From Octopus vulgaris (Eukaryota), in NCBI GenBank assembly GCA_951406725.2, contig OX597814.1, positions 168,206,001 to 168,270,000 of the forward strand: 64,000 nucleotides of DNA. The letters run 5' to 3'. The notes below the pieces were generated by a model. That model saw only the letters and a list, made by a program, of their open reading frames with translations, was not told the origin of the DNA and searched no databases. Below are positions 14,390 through 27,471 of this stretch, in pieces. The position numbers and the translations under genes are program-made. Position 1 is the first letter of the stretch; each line of letters starts with the position of its first letter.

Positions 14390-15800
14390 GAATTCAGAGC
14401 CACCAAGGTAAGAGCAATCAGTACATTGTTTCTATCCAAAAATGAGAAAGTCGGATATGCCAACAAAACCATAAAGTGTAGCAGAAATTAGAAGCTCCAT
14501 GAAGCTGTGAAGGAAGCAGAAAAGTACTGGAAGCACCAGGAAATTGTGTGAATAGTCTGTTCTAGATCAGCTATGACTTGGTAACTATAGTATTAAGTGA
14601 CAGAAAAAATACCAGTGCCAAAAACAAGAGAGAGAGAGAGAGGTCTAGTGTAAAGAGTTTACAATTCAACAGAAGTTTGCTGTGTAAAGTAGGGTTTGCT
14701 TGCCAGGGATGACGGATACAGTAGGACCAGCACCCATTGCTGTGGAGTACATACCTGGGAAACTTATCCTTTCTCCCCTGTCCTCTCACTGGACCTAAAT
14801 AACCTTAAAATATGGGTCAAAGTCAAAGACTTATCTTGCAAGCAATGTGGAGCAACATTTTGTGCTCTGAACCACATTTTGACTGGATGACCTAAGATAC
14901 TGGGAAATGGTCAATATGAATGGAGGTATGACAAAGTCCCTATAGAAATTTCAAAATGGACTGACCTGCAAAAGGTTAAGGCCAACAAACAGCAGCCATC
15001 ACTGTCCAATGCATCAGATTCTTAAGAGAAGGTGACAAGTCTCTTAAAATAAAAGCAACAGTAGGGGACCCATTTTGTATTTTGCATCCAGGCTCAGACT
15101 GGGAGATGCAAGTTGTCATGAAGGATAGGCTTGTTTCTCCAGAGAAGGTAGAGGTAACATCACTCTAACTTGACATGTTCCTGCTCTCAAGGAGTGCAAA
15201 AACAGTCCTCATGCTTATAGTACCATGGGAGGAGAGACATCATATTACTTACCTATTTCTTTACTACTCATAAGGGGCTAAACAGAGAGAGGACAGACAA
15301 ATGGATTAAGTCGATTACATCGACCCCAGTACATAACTGGTACTTAATTTATTGACCCTGAAAGGATGAAAGGCAAAGTCGACCTTGGCGGAATTTCAAC
15401 TCAGAATGTAACGGCAGATGAAATACGGCTACGCATTTCACCCGGCGTGCTAACGTTTCTGCCAGCTCACCATATTACTTACCTGCTGAAGAAAACCACT
15501 TACAACTTGATTGATGAGCACTTGTGAAGGGAGATACATAGACTCGTTCTCAATGGAAGTTGGCTGCTATGGCTTTCTAGCTAGATTGGTGCACTATTTC
15601 CTGTAGAAGATTGTTCTAGAACCCAAACAACTGAAGAAACCACCATATCGTAGCAGCTGAATCCAGTTCATGGTGGCTGTGGTTGACAAGAGACTGCAGA
15701 TAGAGCCCATTGGTTGGCGAAGGCTAATTCAGTCCTCACTTCCTCACTCAGGCAAAATATAGAGGCTGAGGGATGGAACATCTATGACCCTGGGATACCT
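14390..15800 (+). mobile_element. Decayed RLE-type non-LTR retrotransposon (HERO-like), interrupted by a SINE
   Basis: CKQCG...NHILTG*...QYEWRYDKV zinc knuckle, VPWEE, EVGCYGF, AAESSSWWLW motifs; SINE at 15255-15470 with a 14-bp TSD CATATTACTTACCT. Confidence 0.8.
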
Positions 15801-16710
15801 GCTGATTATATAGAGTGTTTTCTGACATTGTGACAGATTCAGAAGACCTTGCTGTATTTCTGAGTATCTTCTACAGTTTCTGCATAGGGCAAGGCATCCC
15901 CAATGTTTATTTCACCTTTGCATATTTAATGCCAAAAACTGGAAACTAAGTACTGGATCTGAGCTTTGGAAATATTTTCAGTTGTTTCTACTTTTGCTAC
16001 CATAAGCATTGCTACTACCACTGAATTCACTAGCATCACCACCTCCAATACCACCACTTCTGGAATCACTAACCTCGCCATCATTTCCTACTCTACAACT
16101 GTCACTTCTATCACTGCAAACCATACAATTACTATTGAAGGGACCCTGTTACATGGTTACTTGATCTGCTAGAAATAGCAGTCAAATTTTCCTTAGTTCA
16201 TATCTTTCCACTAAACACATTGCATAATGTGATCCTGGTTTTTACTTTGCCTAAGAAAATAAAAGGATGGTTATAGTTAGAATGCTTTTAATCATGGATT
16301 TGCTTAATTAGGTTGACCTAGCACTAAGCAACAACACTATCATCATCATCATGACCACCTCCACTGATATTACTGTGCTGCCACCAGTGTTTTCACACTG
16401 GTTGTTCTACGCTACCATTAGTTGAATGAATCTACAAAAATGTTGTTTACAATCTGTCCTATGTGTAATCCAGTTCCTAATTGTAACTCTAAATTCTTGT
16501 CAATTCAGATTACTTTATTCCAATTTTTTTTTCCTTAAATTCTTTTTAGCTTACAATCTATTACAATTTCTTGATATTATTTCATCCAGCTCTCCTCGTC
16601 CATTCCCATCCATTATTACATGTCAATACCATCCATGCCAGCTTTCCTATAAGCAACATTTGATATCTTTAGTTCCTAGCTTTGGATTGTTTAAAAACAA
16701 AACATTTCTT

Positions 16711-16760
<50 letters not shown>

Positions 16761-17800
16761 GACTCCCACTTTTTTTTTCTGTTTTGGCATGCAACCCCAT
16801 CCCCAATTTCTCATGTCAAAAGGTTTTAGGGGATGGTGACCTTTATAGGAGAACCAGCTGACATAACTAAGTTAATTTGTTCTGTTTTTATCTGTGGAAT
16901 AGCTTTCATCTGACAAAGCCAGGCTATATTTCCCAAAGCAGTTTAGATAATACTTTATTTTTATTCTACCTTCTAAGTTAATGGTAGTAATTTTTCATTT
17001 CAACTTGACTTTTGTTTTATAAATAAGTTTTGATGCGATTTCCTTAGAAATGGTTTATTTAGTGTATTTTATGCTCTCTCGCTCTCTCTCTCTGTCTCCT
17101 TGTTTTGAGTCATGTTTGCCAAATTGAATGCAATGGAATTCACATAAATGCTTTCTTGGTAGACTTCCTAAACTTATTATGATGGAATGTTTCCAACAAT
17201 GCCACAATGCCCTTTGTTTAAAAATCACTGAATCGTGTATATACTTGTGTATTTGTATTTCATGTGAATAAATCACTGATTACCTTCTATCTGTAAATGT
17301 GCAAAGCTGAAGATTTGCTAAACTTTTAAACTCACCAGGTTGTACTGCCAACAAAAGCCTAAAGCCTGAGTCATCAGCTTTCCCATGGATTTTATTTGTT
17401 ATATGCAGTTCTTCATTTTATCCAGTATTGTTCAATAAGGGGAATGTTTTTCTATAACTTCTTTCACTATTCTTTGTAAAACACCAGAAGTAAGATTTAA
17501 TTTTTATGTAGTCGTGCAAGTATGGTTGTGTGGTTAAGAAATTTGCTTTCCAACCGCCATGATTTTGAGTTCAGTCCCACTGTGTGGCATTTGGGCAAGT
17601 GTCTTGTGAGTGGATTTAGTAGATGGAAACTGAAAAAATCCCTGTGTGTGTGTGTGTGTGTTTGTGTCTCCCTGACCTGATATCATGTGACAGCTGTAAA
17701 CAAGTGGGATCTTTTCGGTTTGACCGGCAGTTTTTAAAAATAATTTCCACGTAACTAAACACTTTTAAACTTCGTATACTGGTAGAATGTGTTTATAAAA

Positions 17801-19830
17801 CATCTGACCTCCTTCGATCTGGCTATGGGAGCCTATGACAGTGCCAATGTCTGCTATCTTATTGGACTGTACATCCTGGACATCTTAGGAAAGAGGCTTC
17901 CTTTGGTCCTCTTCGGTTTCTACAGAGATGGCACCTTAGCCATCTCTAGAGGAGCCAACAGACACACACTAGATAGACTTAGAAAGGACCTAATTGGTGC
18001 CCTAGGCTCAATTGGACTCAAGATCACCATTGAGACTGGTCTTACCACAGTAGATTGCCTGGATGTTACTTTAGATCTGGGCTCTGGTACATACAGGCTC
18101 TATCACAAGCCAAACGAGATGTTCTGTATTAGCACAGCCTTCTGCCACCCACCTATAGTTTTTAAGAACCTAGTGAAGGGTGTAAGCAAGAAGATATTGA
18201 ATCTATCCTCTAGCCAAGATATTTTCAATGCCACTACCTTCTTCTACAATGAGGCACTGGCATCGAGTGGGTTTAAAGACTGCATCTCCTACATGCTAGG
18301 CTCTAGCACCTGGAAAATGAAGTACCGCAGAAACATCATTTGGTTTGCTTCACCCTTCTCTCTCAACATCAAGACTTGTGAGGGAAGGATTTTCCTTAGA
18401 TTAATAGATAAACATTTCCCATGCACACATAGATACAGGCAAATATTTAAGTCACAGCCTAAGAGTCTCCTTTAGTTGTGCACCTAACATAAAAAGCATT
18501 TTAACAAGTACCCACAATACAAGGGTGGAGGCAGGTTACCCTTTCAGGGTATACAATAACTGTCCAGCAGGAGGCTAACATGAGGCCAATGGAGTCATCT
18601 ATGAAGCTATAGTGACACCTAGACCTGCTATCTGCATTGCCAGCAATGTACCATCCAACAGCAGTAATAGCTGATTAACCAGGTCTCACACCAGTACAAT
18701 TTCCACAACCAGAGATGATGACCAGTCCAGGACCAGCAATACAGAGGAGGTAACCGATGACTCTAATACCACCACCACAGATGATGAACAAGTTATTATT
18801 GACACCGATGGAGTGACCAGGCCCACACCATATGTTACCACCAGTGCAATCACCACACCTAGAGATGATGACCAATCCAGGACCAGCAACACAGAGGAGG
18901 TATCCAGTGTCCCCAGTACCACCACCACAGTTGATGACCAAACAACTGTCATTGGCCCTGATGGGATGGTCTGTCTTGCACCATATATTACCACCAGTTG
19001 CACCCAAACTAACGATGGCAGCTACATTGCCAACCATATGACCAGAAATGATAACCATGGCAATAACACCACTGGATCATTGTGCCATATTGATAATATC
19101 AACAGCAGTGTTAACAACAACATCCCCAGGCCCTGAGCCTACCAGAGATATACCAGGTGTGCGAATATAGCCACATCCCAAGTTTGTAAATATATCTGAT
19201 TGGCCAGTACATCTTTCAAATGTCGCTTCTGCAACCACCATTCATCCTTCAGAGTCTCAGAAAGACGTTTTGCCATGTCCCTGGCCAGCCATGTGTGGCA
19301 CCTCAAAGATCAAGGGACCCCATGTGATACCAGGTAGAAAATAATAGATCATTCAGGCCCATATATTAATGGGTGTGGCTGTTGCAAAATCTGTATCAAT
19401 GAAAGAACCAAAATTTTTAAGGACTATGCTAAACCTGGCGCATTGAACAGTTGTATAGAATCTTTCTCTAAATGTGTCCATTTCAAGCGCTACCTTCTGG
19501 AAAATTGGATCTCCCCATTTGCTGGTTAGGCTATTTTGGGTCTGTAAGGGTTTTTTTATCCTCTGGTCCAGGGAATATATCCCGTACTCTTTAACGTTTT
19601 TATACGTTAGCCATTAAATCTCTATATCTGAGCATTTCCTCATGTCCGCATGGTAGAAACTTTAATCCTTTTGTCTCTGTATAGAGTCTGACGAGCTGTC
19701 CACAAGACTGTGGCCTTGGTGCATACGAAATCTTTGGTAACTCTATGACCAGAGTTTAACTTTTTGTTTTAATTATTACTGCTCTATTCATTAAAGTGAG
19801 CTTCTTTTCTGATATATGTTTTATTGACAT
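17801..19830 (+). mobile_element. Decayed, 5'-truncated Penelope-like retroelement (Naiad-like RT + GIY-YIG)
   Basis: RT motifs AMGAYDSA, YRDG (from YRDD), LDVTLDL, HPP, RNIIWF-PFS, KHFP; then SCAPN, CPxxG, GVIY, YI*LA..FK.RF.NH.SSF, CKIC, SKCVH; frameshift near 18450 and in-frame stops; downstream hammerhead. Confidence 0.9.
19681..19746 (+). ncRNA. Type I hammerhead ribozyme in the 3' region of the Penelope-like element
   Basis: ATAGAGT-CTGACGA-G...(CCACA agac TGTGG)...C-GAAA-tctttgg-TA-ACTCTAT; perfect 7-bp stem I and intact core. Confidence 0.85.
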
Positions 19831-20149
19831 ATATATATATATAATATGTGTGTGTCTTTGGGACTGTATTTGTCCCCAACCCATTGCTTGACAACTGGTG
19901 TTTGGCAATAGGGAATAGCAGTTTGACAATAGGGAATGATAAAATAAGTACCAGACTTTAAAAAAATTAGTACCAAGGTCAATTTGTTCTAAAATCCTTC
20001 AAAGTGTTGCTCCAGCATGGTCACAGTCCAATGACTGAAACAAGTAAACAATAAAAAGATAAAACATAAGATTTGTAAAATTAAAGTTTTGTTATTTCTT
20101 TGACAGATGCCTTCTCTGCCACCAGTTTCTTATGCACTTGCAATTTGTC

Positions 20150-20445
20150 CCCGATACTAAAAATCATCGGTACTAGCATCCGCGCTAGCTAGTCGTGACT
20201 AGTTGATCCTTACTTTGTGCTTTTGTATTTTATTTACTTTGTTTAGGAAACTTATTTACATTGTGTTTTTGTGTTTTATTTACTTTGTTTAAAAAAAGTT
20301 ATTTACTTTGTGTAAAAAAATTATTTATTTTGTGATTTATTTACTTTGCTAGGTAGTCGTTGTAGGATCAACTAGTCACGACTAGCTAGCCCGGATGCGC
20401 GACTACGTGAGTGCATGCATCGGGACCACTCTTCTTAAATAGTAC
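20150..20445. mobile_element. Unclassified small element with 35-bp subterminal inverted repeats
   Basis: 20176-20210 and 20364-20398 are inverted with 1 mismatch, enclosing TTATTTACTTTGT tandem units. Confidence 0.65.
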
Positions 20446-21228
20446 CAAAATCATTTCCCCACTGTTGCTCTACATGGTTGTCTGACATGTTAGTAATAGC
20501 AAAGAAATTTTTATTGAGCCACATTAAGATAATGAAAGGACTGCATTAGATAATGCAATCCTACATGTTCTTCTGTCACCACGTATGTTAAGAAAAGACG
20601 AAACAATTATTGTTGTAATGCCTTTGATTATCGGTCTGTTAACTTAGGTCTATACAAGCCGTCTGCATAAGCATATCCACTGCCCTATTATGCACCATAT
20701 TATTAAGAAATCTATCAATTTTCATGACTCAGAATGTGCAACATGCATGTTAGGATTCTATCATTAGTGCAACATACACCCATCTGTACATACTCACATT
20801 CAAATATATAAATGGCTACACTTATGAACATACACACTATTTATAAACGGCTACACTTATGAACATACACACAATTTCTATACATACAAACCCATACATG
20901 TACATAATACAAAACACACCCAAAAGAACAAACAAAAGGAGCAGACAAAGATATTATTTTTCTCTCTCTTTAATATTATTTGTATTTATTTGAGTATGAA
21001 TAATCTTAGATTTTAAATAAAGAATATAAAATGTATATCATATGTGTGGGTGTAGCTGTGTATATAAGTCTATTTATATATATGTACATACACACATGTA
21101 ATGAAGTAATATAAGATATCAATTCAGTGAATCATGTGGTTATCACAGTAAGCTCCTTGTACAGACTTGGTTATTAGTCCATCCACATAGTAATTAACTG
21201 CAAAGTAGTGTAATGTAAACTGAATCTG

Positions 21229-21642
21229 TCATCATCATCATCGTTTAACGTCTGTTTTCCATGCTGGCATGGGTTGGACGGTTTGACTGAGGTCTGGAAA
21301 GCCAGTGGCTGCACCAGGCTGTGATCTGATCTGGCAATGTTTCTACAGCTGGATGCCTTTCCTAACACCAACCACTCTGAGAGTGTAGTGCGTACTTTTT
21401 ACGTGATATATTATATATAAAATCGTGGCAGATACTGGTGTCATGCAAGTGGCACCTGTGCTGGTGGCACGTAAAAGCACCCATTACTTTCTCAGAGTCG
21501 TTGGCATTAGGAAGGGCAACCAGGTGTAGAAATCATGCCAAATCAGACTGGAGTCTGGTGCAGCCTTCCAGTTTGCCAGCCCTGGTCAAACTGTACCAAC
21601 CCATACCAGCATGGACAATGGGCATTAAATGATGATGATGAT
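21229..21642. mobile_element. Head-to-head inverted pair of RTE 3' UTR copies
   Basis: - copy 21229-21405 and + copy 21430-21642, with (GAT)n tails pointing outward. Confidence 0.85.
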
Positions 21643-22489
21643 GTATACAAGGCGGCGAGCTGACAGAAACGTTAGCACGCTGGGCGAGCTGACAGAAACG
21701 TTAGCACGCTGGGCGAAATGCGTAGCCATATTTTGTCTGCCGTTACGTTCTGAGTTCAAATTCCACCGAGGTTGACTTTGCCTTTCATCCTTTCGGGGTC
21801 GATAAATTAAGTACCAGTTACGCACTGGAGTTGATGTAATCGACTTAATCCATTTGTCTGTCCTTGTTTGTCCCCTCTGTGTTTAGCCCCTTGTTGGTAG
21901 TAAAGAAATAGATGATACATGTATACACACACACACACACACACACACTCACTCACAAAATCAACTGGTGTGTGTGTGTAAAACAACCTCTGTGTGTTTG
22001 TGTGCATATGTATACACATGCATACATTAACTTCAGTTTTATATATATGTACACACACACACACACACATCCAAAAGACATATCGTGTTGAGCCTTAGTT
22101 TTGATTGCATTTGACTGTCTTATCATTCTCTTCCAGTAGTTTTTACTGGGAGTTTGGGGGCATGGGTAGTGTAAGTACTGCAGTAGCTGCTCTTAGCACT
22201 TGTAGGATTGGCATTCACTGCAAAATGCATTAAATCAATGCTTGATATAAAGATGAACAATGCAGTTATGTTGGTGTAATGTGCAGTTAGCTGACTCACA
22301 CTAGCATGAAACAACCTTTTGATATTGTACCCAGTGCATCAACCCTGAATAGCACTGCACAGCACTTAGTCTCTTTATAATTGATGTGTTCCCATGTTAA
22401 TTCTCTTTTGTTTTTCCACCTCCTCTTTTTGTTGGGTTAATAAATTTAATTTTTTGTCTTGTAACTAAATCTTTCTGTCTGTTTATCGC

Positions 22490-24275
22490 CGTCACTTTCT
22501 TAACCTGTCTCTCCCTCACTCTCTCAACCCCTCTCTCCCTCACTCTCTCAACCCCTCTCTCCCTCACTCTCTCAACCCCTCTCTCCCTCACTCTCTCAAA
22601 ACCTCTCTCCCTCACTCTCTCAATCCCTCTCTCCCTCACTCTCTCAATCCCTCTCTCCCTCACTCTATCAACCCGTCTCCCCCTCACTCTCTCAACCCGT
22701 CTCCCCCTCACTCTCTCAACCCCTCTCTCACTCACTCTCTCAACCCCTCTCTCACTCACTCTCTCAACTCCTCTCTCCCTCACTCTCTCAACCCGTCTCC
22801 TCCTCACTCTCTCAACCCCTCTCTCACTCACTCTCTCAATCCCTCTCTCCCTCACTCTCTCAACCCGTCTCTCCCTCACTCTCTCAACCCATCTCCCCCT
22901 CACTCTCTCAACCCGTCTCCCCCTCACTCTCTCAACTCCTCTCCTCCTCACTCTCTCAACCTCTCTCTCTCAACCCCTCTCTCACTCACTCTCAACTCCT
23001 CTCTCCCTCACTCTCTCAACCCGTCTCCCCCTCACTCTCTCAACCCGTCTCCCCCTCACTCTCTCAACCCCTCTCTCACTCACTCTCTCAATCCCTCTCT
23101 CACTCACTCTCTCAACCCGTCTAGCCCTCACTCTCTCAATCCCTCTCTCCCTCACTCTCTCAACCCGTCTCCCCCTCACTCTCTCAACCCCTCTCTCACT
23201 CACTCTCTCAACTCCTCTCTCCCTCACTCTCTCAACCCATCTCCCCCTCACTCTCTCAACCCCTCTCTCACTCACTCTCTCAATCCCTCTCTCCCTCTCT
23301 CCCTCACTCTCTCAATCCCTCTCTCCCTCACTCTCTCAATCCCTCTCTCCCTCACTCTCTCAACCCCTCTCTCAACCCGTCTAGCCCTCACTCTCTCAAC
23401 CCCTCTCTCAACTCACTCTCTCAACCCGTCTCCCCCTCACTCTCTCAACCCCTCTCTCACTCACTCTCTCAACCCGTCTCCCCTCACTCTCTCAACCCGT
23501 CTCTCCCTCACTCTCTCAACCCATCTCCCCCTCACTCTCTCAACCCGTCTCCCCCTCACTCTCTCAACTCCTCTCCTCCTCACTCTCTCAACCCCTCTCT
23601 CCCTCACTCTCTCAACCCGTCTCCCCCTCACTCTCTCAACCCGTCTCCCCCTCACTCTCTCAACCCGTCTCCCCCTCACTCTCTCAACCCCTCTCTCACT
23701 CACTCTCTCAATCCCTCTCTCACTCACTCTCTCAACCCGTCTAGCCCTCACTCTCTCAATCCCTCTGTCCCTCACTCTCTCAACCCGTCTCCCCCTCACT
23801 CTCTCAACCCCTCTCTCACTCACTCTCTCAACTCCTCTCTCCCTCACTCTCTCAACCCGTCTCCCCCTCACTCTCTCAACCCCTCTCTCACTCACTCTCT
23901 CAATCCCTCTCTCCCTCACTCTCTCAATCCCTCTCTCCCTCACTCTCTCAACCCCTCTCTCACTCACGCTCTCAACCCGTCTAGCCCTCACGCTCTCAAC
24001 CCGTCTAGCCCTCACGCTCTCAACCCGTCTAGCCCTCACTCTCTCAACCCGTCTCTCACTCACTCTCTCAACCCGTCTCCCCCTCACTCTCTCAACCCCT
24101 CTCTCCCTCACTCTCTCAACCCGTCTCTCCCTCACTCTCTCAACCCCTCTCTCCCTCACTCTCAGCTCTTCTCTCCCTCACTCTCTCCTTCACACTCTCA
24201 ACCCCTCTCTCCCTCACACTCTCAACCCCCTCTTCTCACTCTCTCAACCTGTCTCTCCCTCACTCTCTCTCCTCT
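22490..24275. repeat. 24-bp pyrimidine-rich minisatellite, about 70 units
   Basis: Consensus CCCTCACTCTCTCAACCCCTCTCT with recurrent variants (CCCGTCTCC, ATCCC, CTAGCCC). Confidence 0.97.
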
Positions 24276-24913
24276 CTGCTTGTCTTTCACTTTTGAATTT
24301 TCTAATTGCAAAGGATCATCAATGTAGTCTTAATTATCATTAATGTTGCTAATTTGAATGATTATGTTTTCCAGCAAACGAAATATGTTATAATAAAAAC
24401 AAAATGTCATGAATAAATATTGGTATTGATTAATTGATTGGTTTAATCAGTTAGGAAAATTCATTCTCATTCTTGACTTTCAGTTATTACCTAATGTTTC
24501 ACTTTCCCTAATCACACATAATTAGCATTGAAAGTCATTAAAACTCATTGTCAATTATAAAACATCCTTGCTGCTTCTAGTAGTAAACTGTACTCTCCAT
24601 GATTCTATTTAGGTGTGTGTAATTAATCAGTGAGATAAGATTATAATTTTTCAAATAATTAACCTCCCCCTTAACCCTCCCAGAACTGGGCCCCTCTGTG
24701 TAACTTTACCGTCCACCTGGACTCCTGAGCAAAAAAATAGTTTCATATACAGCTCAAGAGTAACAATTAGTTTAATGAACAGAATCAACTGCATGTTCTT
24801 TTTCTACCTGTTGTTTATTTGTATTATATAAATAAATGACAGTCATTGTCTTGCACTTCTTAAGTAAAGCTGTCCTTAACTTAGCTTTCATGAAAGAAAT
24901 TAGGGAGAATTAG

Positions 24914-25422
24914 TACGCTAAATCCTCTAGTATAATCCGCATTTCCCCCCAAAAATTTAAAGGTCAAAATCCCTAGTGCATATGAGGTTAAAAATGAAAA
25001 ATATTTTCTAACCAATATCCGAGTCTCTATTTGCTATCTGGCAATGTTTATTCAGATGCATTTTGTAATGTCGGGCACGAAAATACCTTAAGCTAAGCTT
25101 GAAAGCAATGAAGTCATAAACGAATCATCCATAACTTGCAGTAAGCATCATTTATTAAAATAAAAGTATTCAGAATACAGAATAACATGTAACAAAACAA
25201 TTTGCAAACATATTTACATTCCCATATAGCAGTTAAGAACATCACCATTATTGTATTATGTATGCGCAGAAGTGTTTGTTCGACTAGGCTTAATTTCACA
25301 CGACTCAAGTTAGAAAAGGAGTGCATATTATACACAAGGTTTAGGTTATTCAGAAGTACAGCCCCCTAAAAATCCCCTGTGTATTATACTCAAGGGCGGA
25401 CTATACTCGAGGATTTATGGTA
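24914..25422. mobile_element. Non-autonomous TA-flanked DNA transposon with CCGTA-type TIRs (Tc2/pogo-like)
   Basis: TIR ~CCGTAAATCCTCGAGTATAGTCCGC at both ends; second copy at 59329-60877. Confidence 0.85.
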
Positions 25423-27277
25423 CTCAAGGTAACTTAAGTCTACCAGAATCTTTCAAACTGGTCTCAAATTTCTCATCAAACTTAGGAATCCACAATTGTA
25501 ATGTATTATAGTTTTTTTTTTTATAATAAAACAAATAGTATTGTTAATGCCTGGGTGACCATGAAGATACTCTTATGTCATATCTTGACCATTACTTGAT
25601 ACTCTCTTAGCCTAAACCTATATAAAAATGCCAACAACCAATTTGTTTAACTAATTCAGTGGTATTCTTTTTTTCTAACCTCTGTGTTTTCTGAAAAACT
25701 AAAATGCTGTCAAATATAACAGATTTCGAAATGGCAAACAAATAGCACTGTACTTTGAATTACTCTGTTGAATGTCAACAGTGATGGAAAAAATCTTGAG
25801 TAGGCCACACTAGATTTTAAGTAGATTAAATTTTTGGGCTGGCCTGCTTGCTCTCTTTTGTTTTTGCATAGATTTAATTTTTTTCTTTCCTTTTTAGTTT
25901 TGGTGTAACTGCTGTGAAATGTCATTGCTCTATTTAAAGTCTGACATCAACTATTGGAATAATTATTCTTACCATTTCTTGCTTTTTATCTTTTAGTTCA
26001 AACATATTATTTTTCTGTGGATTTCTCCAAATCTAAGTTTTTTGGTCTTATGAGATTTTTATATAACTGATTTAAATTTGAAAATATTCGTTGCAAGATT
26101 TAGTAATTTTTCTTGTGATTGAAACATATCTAAAAATGAAATCTTCTCTACCTTCAAAATAAGTCATCAGAGAAATGAAGAGATCACACGAATCACTGCT
26201 TAGCTCCAATGTTGTTGTCTTGAGGGAGCCCCCCCACAAAAAAAAACTCATTTTATTGTAAATATTTCCAGAAATTCTGCAACTTATTCCTATTGAACTG
26301 AGTTGTTTAAAATAAAGTGTTGTATCCCAAGAGAGGAAAGGTAATACATACAGAAGATTAGAACTTGAGACTATATCTTACTGTCTAGTACCTCATCTGT
26401 TTAACCTTGGTTCTTTAGCCCTCCTATCCTTTTACCATACAACATTTAGTTGAAATATTTTTCTGATTATTTCTTAACTTTAAAAGTGGTTTCACTATTT
26501 CTTCAAAGTGATCTTGCCAATGCCAACTTTACCTTCCATCCTTCCATGGATTCTAGTTCATTGCAGTTGAAGCTTGATATTTATTCTTCGGGTAGGCAAT
26601 TTGAAATAAGAAGAATTGTTTTGTATGGCAATTAAACTTCAAGGAATTTGTTAGATACTTAACATTTCTATGAAAGATGTTGTAATGGGATAGTTATATG
26701 AAAAAAAATCTATTTTTAATCGTTAGTCTTTTTTTATGGTTTTAAATTAATAATTTAATTGTATTATTTAAAGAATGCCCTGTTGCTCTTGCTCTGTCAT
26801 GTTCTACTTCTTTTCTCAACACTTGCTCTCTTTCAATCTGCCTTAATTCAGTCGGGTTGTTTATTTTAATGTGTTAGTCTTTTAGTAACTTTTATCCAGC
26901 AGTAAAACACATAATTTGAAAATAAATTGACAGGTTCTTGTGTTACCAATTTTACAAAATTAATATTTCAGTTAAATCCTGTCAGTTATTGCTCTTACAG
27001 AAACTTATTGTCCTTAAGTGTTTAATAAACTGAAGATTTTTAAACTCATTTCGTGTAGTTTTTCATCAAGACACAAACTCTTAAAATATATATGCATTCA
27101 TTCTGAAATACATTTTTAAATAACTTATTTACATTAATAATTTACATCACTTTATGATTACAAAACAAATCCTACATCAAAAATATAAAAGTAAAGAATA
27201 AAGACTTATTTATGCATCATTTCAATAACATCAAGAACAATAATTCTTTATCTAATTTTGTTATTCTTTCTTTCCAG

Positions 27278-27471
27278 GCAAAGAAATATTTGTTGGTGTT
27301 GGGCAGAACACAAATGAAGCTGGAGCAATAGCAGTGGCTCGCCTTTATGAAGATTATTCTGTTATCTCAATAACTCTAACTAGTAAACTGCATCTAAAGA
27401 ATATGATTTCAATGGCTGGGACAGGAGTTATTGTCATTGGTAACAGTACTGAATCAAAACACCTGTATCAG
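27278..27471 (+). CDS. DDAH: DDAH-family gene, internal coding exon with catalytic His
   Basis: ctttccag|...|gtagga; 194 nt, phase compatible with the previous exon; (G)KEIFVGVGQNTNEAGAIAVARLYEDYSVISITLTSKLHLKNMISMAGTGVIVIGNSTESKHLYQ, cf. DDAH1 GREFFVGLSKRTN...LHLKSFCSMAGP. Confidence 0.95.

Noticed and set aside
18675-19136. Independent mucin-like or membrane protein ORFs
   Set aside because: They lie in frame within, or antisense to, the Penelope endonuclease region.
22397-24159. Long Arg/Glu-rich minus-strand ORFs
   Set aside because: They are translations of the 24-bp minisatellite, with no real start or splice context.
22490-24275. CRISPR-like array
   Set aside because: Units are contiguous with no unique spacers; eukaryotic context.
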